DNA from: Myxococcota bacterium
GTDB lineage: Bacteria > Myxococcota_A > UBA796 > CAJQPC01
Assembly: GCA_036229005.1 (NCBI GenBank)
Contig: JAZAMN010000016.1
Location: forward strand, 92,371-156,370
Length of the DNA: 64,000 nucleotides
Reading direction: 5' to 3'
Shown here: piece by piece, positions 57,080 to 64,000 of the stretch
How positions within the stretch are numbered: position 1 is the stretch's first letter
Layout: every line of letters starts with the position of its first letter
Notes under the pieces: model-generated
Databases searched by the model: none
Told to the model about the DNA's origin: nothing
The model's input: only the letters and a program-made list of their open reading frames with translations
Made by a program: the position numbers and the translations under genes

Positions 57080-58294
57080 TCAACGCCTCCGTCTGCGCAG
57101 CATCATCCCCGCCAGCAGCCCCGGGAGCAAGCCCCCACCCAAGCCACCGCCCCCAAGCCCGGCGCCACAGCCCCCGCACCCGCTGTCCTCGCTCCCGGAG
57201 TCCATGCCGCTGTCTGCAGGAGGGGGACGGGTGGAGAAGGTGGTCGTGAAGTCTTCGGACATCAAGCGCCCATCCTCTGCCACGGCCCCGGCCCTCAGAC
57301 TCAGCGAATAGTCCGTGGCATCGGCGAGGTCACCCTGAGGCAGCACGTGCAGCACGTGCGACCCGCTCCCGTAGAAGAAGCTCACCTGCACCGGGATCTG
57401 TGTGCCGTCTTCGGACATCAGGACGATGTCCTCGGGGGTGATGGCGGCGGCGTCCATGCTCTTGGAGAACACCAGGCCCAGGCGGTTGGCCATGGGGTCG
57501 TCCGTCACCGGCCAGCCGTAGCTCCCCCCCTCCGGCACCGTGGCGACGACGGACAGGGGCTGGTCCCCCTGGTTCAGGTCCACCCACAGCGAATCCAGGT
57601 AGGCGGCGACCATGCGCGCCTCGTCCGCGGGGGCCCCCGGGTAGGGCTCCTGGAGGTTCGCGCCGCCCCAGGGGAACTCGGCCTGGTAGTCGGCCACGGT
57701 GTCCTCGTTCTTGGCCAGCAATGCGACCAGCTCGAGCGCGGTGATGACCAGCTTCTGGCCTTGGTCCAAGGTGTCTGCGTCCACCTGGATCCCCACCTCC
57801 TCATACAGACCCGGCATCTCCGCGGGCACCGAGCGCACCGGCACCGGCGAGGGCCCCGCGACCGCCGACCAGATCACGTCGCTGGCCTCATCGAAGCTGG
57901 TCCCCTCCGCCCAGCCAAAGTCCGCGTCCAGGTAGCGGGACTGCGAGAAGTAGAACGCGTCGAAGCTCTGGTCGGCCATGCCGTGGCTGGCCATGCCCAT
58001 GTAGAAGGCCACGTGGGGGGCGGCTTCGGCGCTCTTTGGGTCCACGCCCTCGCGGATCCAGTCGCGGTAGTGGTCCTGCAGGCCCTCCCAGTGGCCGGCC
58101 TCCCCGTAGGCGTGGTCCACCGCGTAGCCCCCGTCCGGGAACATGCTGCCGTTGATGAACTGGTTCTGCTCGGCCTCCAGCAGCGCGCGCAGGGTGGGGT
58201 CCTGGACCTGCTCGGCGGCCTGCAGGCTGATCCAGACGTGGGTGTTCTGGCCGTTGGCCTGCGCGGGGGCGGCCAGCAGGAGCAGCAGGGTCAT
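57080..58294 (-). CDS. Zn-dependent phospholipase C-like domain + Ig-like domain + MYXO-CTERM-like tail
   Basis: N-terminal THVWI, GSMFPDGGY, HWE, SHGMAD; FSKSMD...P..DL....YSL...FST (Big_5-like); GCGGC...RRRRR. Confidence 0.8.
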   Translation of the reverse strand: MTLLLLLAAPAQANGQNTHVWISLQAAEQVQDPTLRALLEAEQNQFINGSMFPDGGYAVDHAYGEAGHWEGLQDHYRDWIREGVDPKSAEAAPHVAFYMGMASHGMADQSFDAFYFSQSRYLDADFGWAEGTSFDEASDVIWSAVAGPSPVPVRSVPAEMPGLYEEVGIQVDADTLDQGQKLVITALELVALLAKNEDTVADYQAEFPWGGANLQEPYPGAPADEARMVAAYLDSLWVDLNQGDQPLSVVATVPEGGSYGWPVTDDPMANRLGLVFSKSMDAAAITPEDIVLMSEDGTQIPVQVSFFYGSGSHVLHVLPQGDLADATDYSLSLRAGAVAEDGRLMSEDFTTTFSTRPPPADSGMDSGSEDSGCGGCGAGLGGGGLGGGLLPGLLAGMMLRRRRR

Positions 58295-58302
58295 GGGCGA
58301 CC

Positions 58303-59058
58303 TCAGGGCGTGGAGAGCAGCTTGCGCACCAGCGCGGCGGTGGGGTGGTGCCCCTGGAAGTGGGCCAGGCGCAGGTTGGAGCGGGCGTCCTCGATGCGGA
58401 GCGTGTCCATGGGGGGCTGGTCCCGGCCGTCGCAGACCGCCCGCACGGGGCGCTTGTCGGTGTCCAGGGCGTGCACCTCGATCACCGCGTGGGGGGGCAG
58501 CACCAGCGAGGGCAGGCGGGGCCGATGGGGGGCCAGCGGCGTGAGCTCCAGCATGTGCACGTCGGGGTGGCAGGCCGGGCCGCCCGCCGCCAGGGAGTAG
58601 GCCGTCGAGCCCATCGCCGTGGCGACCACCAGGCCGTCGCAGACCATGCGCTCGGCCACCGTCTCTCCGTCCACGCACACCCGCAGGTGGGCCGCCTGGC
58701 CGCTGGTGCGCTGCATGTAGATGTCGTTGACCGCGATGTCTTGGACCGCTTCGCCGGCGCGGGAGGTGGCGCTCAGGCGGATGCGGTTGATCTCGTGCAC
58801 CTTGAACTGCCCGGCGTGCAGGCGGTCGGCGATCTGCCCGGGGCTCTGCCAGTCGTTGAGCAGGAAGCCCACGCGCCCGCAGTTGAGCCCCAGGTAGGTG
58901 TGGGCGTCCCCCAGCTCGTGCAGGGTGCGCAGCATGTGGCCGTCGCCGCCCAGCACCAGGCAGAGGTCGTCGGGTAGCTGCGAGGCGTAGAGGCAGCGCT
59001 CCAGCTCGCGGGCCAGAGCCACCGCCTTGGGGTTTCGGTCGTCGGGGCGCAGCAGCAT
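58303..59058 (-). CDS. nadK: NAD(+) kinase
   Basis: LGGDG, GLNCGRVGFL, AVND, DGLVVATAMGSTAYSLAAGGP. Confidence 0.92.
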   Translation of the reverse strand: MLLRPDDRNPKAVALARELERCLYASQLPDDLCLVLGGDGHMLRTLHELGDAHTYLGLNCGRVGFLLNDWQSPGQIADRLHAGQFKVHEINRIRLSATSRAGEAVQDIAVNDIYMQRTSGQAAHLRVCVDGETVAERMVCDGLVVATAMGSTAYSLAAGGPACHPDVHMLELTPLAPHRPRLPSLVLPPHAVIEVHALDTDKRPVRAVCDGRDQPPMDTLRIEDARSNLRLAHFQGHHPTAALVRKLLSTP

Positions 59059-59116
59059 GGGGAGATCATCGCAGATGCGAGCCCGGGTGGACCACCGCGC
59101 GCGGTAGGCTCCCGCC

Positions 59117-59953
59117 ATGAAGCTCCTCAAGTCCCACGGTCTGGGCAACGACTACCTGGTCCTGCACGAAGGCACCCTGAGCGGCCGCGCCCTGGTGCGC
59201 GCGCTCTGCCACCGACACACCGGCCCCGGCGGCGACGGCGTGCTCACCGAGGGCCCCGCGGGCGACTGCGACTACGGCCTGCGCATCTTCAACCCCGACG
59301 GCTCCGAGGCCGAGAAGTCCGGCAACGGCATCCGCATCTACGCCCAGTACCTGGTCGACCACTGCGGGGCGCCCTCCGAGTTCTCCCTGAACACCCTGGG
59401 CGGCGTCGTGCGCTGTCAGGTGGCCCCGGATCAGGTCAGCGTGCAGATGGGACGCGCCAGCTTCCGCCCCGCCGATGTCCCCGTCGACCTGGAGGTGGAG
59501 GAGGCCATCGAGCAGCAGATCAGCGCCGCCGGCGAGGACTTCACCTTCACCGCTGTTGGTGTCGGGAACCCCCACTGCGTCGTGTTCCGCGACGAGGCAC
59601 TGCTGGACGCGACCCGTTGGCGCCGCTGGGGCCCCATCCTGGAGTGCCACCCCCTCTTCCCGCGGCGCACCAACGTCCAGTTCGTGCAGGTGCGCGGCCC
59701 CCAGCAGCTCGAGCTGCGCATCTGGGAGCGGGGCGCCGGGGAGACCTCCGCGAGCGGGTCCAGCTCCTGCGCCGCCGCCGCCGCCGCCGTACGTACCGGC
59801 CGCTGCCAGCCCGGCGAGATCACCCTGCACATGCCGGGCGGTGTCCTGAAGGTCCGGGTCGACCCAGACTGGTCGCTGCTGCTGCGCGGACCCGTCCAGG
59901 AGGTCGGCTGGTTCAGCCCCAGCGCCGCCTGGCTGGCCGCCATCTCTGCTTGA
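59117..59953 (+). CDS. dapF: Diaminopimelate epimerase-like protein (Ser/Ser variant)
   Basis: HGLGNDY, IFNPDGSEAE, GNPH, FPRRTNVQF, WERGAGET; the Cys sites read SGNG and ASGSS. Confidence 0.8.
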   Translation: MKLLKSHGLGNDYLVLHEGTLSGRALVRALCHRHTGPGGDGVLTEGPAGDCDYGLRIFNPDGSEAEKSGNGIRIYAQYLVDHCGAPSEFSLNTLGGVVRCQVAPDQVSVQMGRASFRPADVPVDLEVEEAIEQQISAAGEDFTFTAVGVGNPHCVVFRDEALLDATRWRRWGPILECHPLFPRRTNVQFVQVRGPQQLELRIWERGAGETSASGSSSCAAAAAAVRTGRCQPGEITLHMPGGVLKVRVDPDWSLLLRGPVQEVGWFSPSAAWLAAISA

Positions 59954-60022
59954 CGCCCCCCACTGTCCCCGCAACCATGGACAAGCGGGATCCCACCTAC
60001 GTGATCCCTGTGGAGCCCTTCC

Positions 60023-61429
60023 ATGCGCCTGATGTTGGTCCGCGCCCCCGCCCGACACACCGTCGAGTCCGAGGTCCCGCCCGCGGTCGAGGCTGAGAAC
60101 CAGTCCTACCCCCCCTTGGCCCTGCTCGCGCTGGCCACCTACATCAAGGAGCACACCGACCACGAGGTCACCCTCCTGGACGCCCAGCTCCACAACTACT
60201 CCTACGAGGAGCTGGCCCAGAAGATGGACGAGTGGAAGCCCGACGTGGTCGGCATCACCGTCTACACCGTGGGCCTGGTGGACTGCCACCGCACCGTCCA
60301 GGTCGCCCGCAGCCTGCCGTCCGTCAAGCACGTGGTCCTGGGCGGCCCCCACATCAACGACTTCCCCAAGGAGTCCGTGGGTCTGGCTGGCGTCGACGCC
60401 GTGGTCAAGGGCGAGGGCCAGAAGCCCCTGCAGCTGTTGCTGGACTGCTGGGAGCGCGGCGAGGAGCCCAGGGGCATCCCCGGTGTCGTCGCCCACCCCG
60501 ACGACCCCGTGCCCGAGGAGGACGTCTACTTCTCCAACGATCTGGACGACTACCCGCTCGTGAACCTCGATCTCATCGACTACGAGCAGTACTACGACGT
60601 CATGGGTCAGGGCGGCACCTTCACCACCATGGTGACCTCGCGCGGCTGCCCCTACCGCTGCACCTTCTGCAACACCCCGCGGCACCGCTACCGGGTGATG
60701 AGCCCAGAGCGGGCCTGCGACCAGATCCAGCTCGCTCTGGACCGCGGCATCACCGAAGTCTACTTTGTGGACGACACCTTCAACATCACCAACAAGCGCG
60801 TCCACGAGCTCTGCGACGAGATCATCCGCCGCGGCCAGAAGTTCAGCTGGACCGTGCGTTTTCGCGTGAAGGGCGTCGACCGCGCTCTGCTGGAGAAGAT
60901 GAAGGCCGCCGGCTGCCACCGCATCCAGTTCGGCGTCGAGCAGGGCACCGAAGAGGGCCTGCTCATCCTCAAGAAGGACGTCAACGTCCGCGAGATCGAG
61001 AACGCCTTCCGCCTGTGTCGCGAGGTCGGCATCCACACCGTCGCCTACTTCATGATCGGCACCCCCGTGGAGCGCCACCCCGAAGACATCCTGGAGACCA
61101 TCCGCTACAGCATCAAGCTGGACCCGGACTTTGTGATGTACAACATCCTGACCCCCTTCCCCGGGACCACCATCTACGACCAGGGCATGGAGGCCGGCGT
61201 GCTCGACATCGAGCCCTGGCAGCGCTTCATGGCCAACCCGGACGAGCAGTTCAAGGCCCAGGTCTGGGAGGAGCACTTCACCCGCCAGGAGCTCCGCGAC
61301 TACCTGGATCTGGCCTACCGCAAGTTCTACTGGCGCCCGCGTTTTGTGGCCCGGAACCTGGGACAGATCCGGAGCCCGAAGGACTTTCTGCGGAAGGCGA
61401 GTGCGGGGGTGAGGTTGTTGACTGGGTGA
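60023..61429 (+). CDS. Cobalamin-binding radical SAM protein
   Basis: YPPLAL, KPDVVG, VLGGPH, GEG B12 domain; TSRGCPYRCTFC; FVDDTF; PFPGT. Confidence 0.93.
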   Translation: MRLMLVRAPARHTVESEVPPAVEAENQSYPPLALLALATYIKEHTDHEVTLLDAQLHNYSYEELAQKMDEWKPDVVGITVYTVGLVDCHRTVQVARSLPSVKHVVLGGPHINDFPKESVGLAGVDAVVKGEGQKPLQLLLDCWERGEEPRGIPGVVAHPDDPVPEEDVYFSNDLDDYPLVNLDLIDYEQYYDVMGQGGTFTTMVTSRGCPYRCTFCNTPRHRYRVMSPERACDQIQLALDRGITEVYFVDDTFNITNKRVHELCDEIIRRGQKFSWTVRFRVKGVDRALLEKMKAAGCHRIQFGVEQGTEEGLLILKKDVNVREIENAFRLCREVGIHTVAYFMIGTPVERHPEDILETIRYSIKLDPDFVMYNILTPFPGTTIYDQGMEAGVLDIEPWQRFMANPDEQFKAQVWEEHFTRQELRDYLDLAYRKFYWRPRFVARNLGQIRSPKDFLRKASAGVRLLTG

Positions 61430-61486
61430 GTCTTGCCCTCGGCCAGGGCCGATGCCCTGCCCCCTGAACGTGGGTATAGTGAACCC

Positions 61487-62203
61487 ATGAGCAGCGACCA
61501 CACCGAGATCAAGTTCCGGATCGAGGGTCCAGGCGTCGATCTGGACACCTTCGGGTGGCCGGCCATGCGCGAGTTCATGGACCGACTGGTGCAGGCTCTG
61601 GCCGCTATGGATGGTGGCCCCAGCCCCAAGGAGATCGTACCGACCCGGGTGCTCGCAGGGAGCGCGATGCCCGTGCTGCGTGTCCCCAGCGCTGCCGTCC
61701 CCGCCGTCTATCGCTTCAGGGCCGGTCCCAACCGGACCTGGACCAACGAGCAGCGTCGGAAGGCGGCCAAGGTCTATCAGTTCCTGGAAGACCGCAATGC
61801 CACGTTGAGCTGCGGTGCTCGGGTGTTGAAGCCCGTCGAGATGGGCAGGGGGAGACCGGACTGGCAGGTCAAGCAGGCCTTGACCCTTGAAGGCGAAGTC
61901 CGCCGGGTGGGTGGCGTCCGCGGTGGCGTTGACGTTGTGTTCCAGCAGGATGGCTTTCTCCACTGCTCGGCCCCGAGGGACCTGACCAAGCGCCTGGCCC
62001 CATTCCTCTACGAGCGGGTCGCCCTCACGGGCACGGGCACCCGAGATCCCCGCACAAACGAGCTGCTACAGTTCCGCATCGAGCGCTTCCGTGTGGTGTC
62101 CAGAGGGAGCTTGGCCGCTGGGCTGGAAAGGCTCCACCAGCGCCAAGGCGAAGCCCTCTCCGAGCTCGACCCGGCGGCCAGACTCAAGGAGCTGCGGGGA
62201 TGA
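61487..62203 (+). CDS. Uncharacterised two-domain protein, putative partner/antitoxin of the PIN protein
   Basis: TATAGT 6 nt before ATG; C-terminal GEVRRVGG...V...C...LAPFLYERVALTG (OB-fold-like pattern); ATGA overlap with the PIN gene. Confidence 0.7.
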   Translation: MSSDHTEIKFRIEGPGVDLDTFGWPAMREFMDRLVQALAAMDGGPSPKEIVPTRVLAGSAMPVLRVPSAAVPAVYRFRAGPNRTWTNEQRRKAAKVYQFLEDRNATLSCGARVLKPVEMGRGRPDWQVKQALTLEGEVRRVGGVRGGVDVVFQQDGFLHCSAPRDLTKRLAPFLYERVALTGTGTRDPRTNELLQFRIERFRVVSRGSLAAGLERLHQRQGEALSELDPAARLKELRG

Positions 62204-62688
62204 CAAAGCGCCTGGTGGTGGACACTTCTGTGGTTCTTCACCTGCTCCTTCCGGAGCCGAGAGAAGGCCAAGAGGAGGGGTGGAGCGAGGCTCGGGAGCT
62301 CCTGAAGATCTCCGACGAGGACTGGGTGCTTGCGATCGCGACCCCTGCAGCCGGCGAGGTCCTGGCCGGGGTCCCCGCACGGAGTCGCGAGGACGTGGCC
62401 GAGTTCATTGAGCAGAACTTCGAGATCCTTGACCTGAACTGGGACGCAGCGAAGGAAGTCGGCAAGATCGCGACCAAGGGGCTGCGGGGACGGCGCGGAG
62501 AGAAGCAGCGCGTCAAGGTGGACATCGAGATCGTGGGATGCGCCGTGGCCTGGGGCGCGGCGGGGCTGTGTGCACTCGACGGAGACCACGATCGCATCGT
62601 GGAGCGGAACGGACTGGACCTGTTGGTCGGCCCACCGTCGGCGTTCAGCCCAAAGCAGGAGGAGCTCACCTTCAGCTCAGACGAGTAG
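62200..62688 (+). CDS. PIN-domain (VapC-like) nuclease
   Basis: LVVDTSVV, AGEVL, KVDIEI...A, ALDGD give the four acidic PIN positions. Confidence 0.85.
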   Translation: MTKRLVVDTSVVLHLLLPEPREGQEEGWSEARELLKISDEDWVLAIATPAAGEVLAGVPARSREDVAEFIEQNFEILDLNWDAAKEVGKIATKGLRGRRGEKQRVKVDIEIVGCAVAWGAAGLCALDGDHDRIVERNGLDLLVGPPSAFSPKQEELTFSSDE

Positions 62689-62726
62689 GTGTAGACTGTG
62701 ACCAGCTCCAGAGTCACACAGACACT

Positions 62727-63548
62727 ATGTCCACCGACCGCCTCACCCGCCTCCAGCAGCGCCTGGCCGCTGACATCCAAGCCAACGGCGAGCCCGCGCC
62801 CCCGTGGGTTCGTTTCCCCAGCTACGGGCGCTACTGCCTGGGCTGGCGCATGGGCTCCGGCGAGGACTGGCTGGAGCTCTGGTGGCACTGGGTGGACCAG
62901 ACCCTGGAGGGCCCTGAGCAGCGGCTGGCCTACCTCAAGCGCCACGGGCCCGCTCCCGCGTCCTGGGATCAGGTGGTCCAGTCTGTGTTGACTGGCGAGA
63001 GCGGCCCGGGAGACCTGGAGCCGGAGGCCACCGAGTGCCTACGGGTGCTGGGCCTGATCCAACCCGACGCGGCCTACACCAACTGGCTCGCACAGATCGC
63101 GGGGGAGCGACCCGTCTGGGCCGACTTCGACACCCCTGCCAAGGCGGCCCGCTACGACGAGCGCACCCTGAGCTTCTGGTGCCGGAGCTTCTCCGAGGAC
63201 CGGGCGCGAGTGCCCGACACAGACTGCCCAACGGAGTGGCGGGCCTTTGTGGCCTGCGCTCGGAGCGGCGCGCTCCTGGAGCCGGAGCCTCCTACAGAGC
63301 AGGGGTGGGTCGCGCTGGCGTTGCATCTGGCGGCTACGGGGACGGCGCCGCCCCCCTGGGTGCTGGGGCTGGGGGTGGAGGCCTATACAGACTCCCTGGA
63401 GCCGGATGCTCGGTACGCCGATGCGTGGGCGCACTGGGTGTTTGGGGTGTTTGAGGATCGGGTGGATTGGGAGGCCTACTTGGTACAGTGGGAGGCCGTG
63501 CCGGAGGGGTGGGCGCGGGTGATTGGGGAGCACATCCTGTTTGTGTGA
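62727..63548 (+). CDS. Trp-rich hypothetical protein with duplicated PPW domain
   Basis: PPWVRFP...GWRMGSGEDW...W..W...YL...P.P..W, and a second degenerate copy PPPW...YADAWAHW...YL...VPEGW. Confidence 0.7.
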   Translation: MSTDRLTRLQQRLAADIQANGEPAPPWVRFPSYGRYCLGWRMGSGEDWLELWWHWVDQTLEGPEQRLAYLKRHGPAPASWDQVVQSVLTGESGPGDLEPEATECLRVLGLIQPDAAYTNWLAQIAGERPVWADFDTPAKAARYDERTLSFWCRSFSEDRARVPDTDCPTEWRAFVACARSGALLEPEPPTEQGWVALALHLAATGTAPPPWVLGLGVEAYTDSLEPDARYADAWAHWVFGVFEDRVDWEAYLVQWEAVPEGWARVIGEHILFV

Positions 63549-63597
63549 CTCACGAGTCCGCGCAATCGGGGGTATCGCGCTGACAGGAGCAGCCCGG

Positions 63598-64000
63598 TCA
63601 TCGGCGCCTCCCCAAACCCAGCAAGACCAGCCCACTCAGGGCCGGGAGCAGGAGCCCAAGGCCCCTGGAGGATACGGATGCGCAGCCCGTCTCGGGCTCG
63701 GAGACGAGCTCGCTGCCGTAGCCTTCCATGTTCGGGGCATAGTCCAGCGTCGGGGCGATGCAGCGGGGGATAGGGATTCTTCGCGTGCTGTAGTCGGCGG
63801 TCTGGCCGTCGCAACAGGCGGGGGCATCGTAGTCAAGACCGATGCTTCCGATGTTGCACCCTTCTTCATCGTAGAAGCTGTGATGTGTGACCTTGTTGAT
63901 GCCAGGCTCTTCTCGCCAGAAGATGTAGGCAATGTCACTGCCTGGTGCACAAGCAACGATACCTGCGCTGCCGTTCCATCCCGGCGTGTGGCCCGGCACC
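63598..64000 (-). CDS. Surface protein with MYXO-CTERM-like tail (5' end beyond the window)
   Basis: Ends GCASVSSRGLGLLLPALSGLVLLGLGRRR; less GC-biased codons. Confidence 0.65.
   Translation of the reverse strand, partial: VPGHTPGWNGSAGIVACAPGSDIAYIFWREEPGINKVTHHSFYDEEGCNIGSIGLDYDAPACCDGQTADYSTRRIPIPRCIAPTLDYAPNMEGYGSELVSEPETGCASVSSRGLGLLLPALSGLVLLGLGRRR

Noticed and set aside
61430..64000. Prophage or integrative element
   Set aside because: Composition looks atypical, but no integrase, transposase, tRNA or att repeat is visible in the window.

Overview
This is a very GC-rich bacterial chromosomal segment, most likely Myxococcota-like (inferred from MYXO-CTERM-type tails, AgmX/PglI-type TonB-C domains and Cys/Asp-rich surface repeats). 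It is probably origin-proximal: it carries the mnmG-rsmG-parA-parB(-udk) operon, four perfect parS palindromes (TGTTCCACGTGGAACA) and one 1-mismatch copy, two of the five lying inside genes. About 56 CDSs can be supported, mostly housekeeping, envelope or peptidase genes. I saw no rRNA, tRNA, CRISPR array or transposase. The most notable elements are: (i) a roughly 1 kb intergenic array of about 250-bp, hairpin-rich repeats followed by heptamer repeats (23.0-24.35 kb); (ii) a six-gene duplicated cluster of exported proteins that shuffle ExbD-like and TonB-C (AgmX/PglI) modules (45.3-52.9 kb); (iii) a coupled pair of an intact and a degenerate Hsp90/GHKL protein; (iv) a TraA/TraB-like surface pair with a lamin-tail head; (v) an uncharacterised gene coupled to a PIN nuclease in a compositionally atypical right end; (vi) a ColD/ColC-like (colitose-type) sugar operon ending in a CAT-like gene; (vii) a DapF homologue with both catalytic Cys replaced by Ser; (viii) recurrent leaderless-type -10 boxes. 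All family calls come from reading motifs by eye; no database searches were run. Start codons are my best picks.
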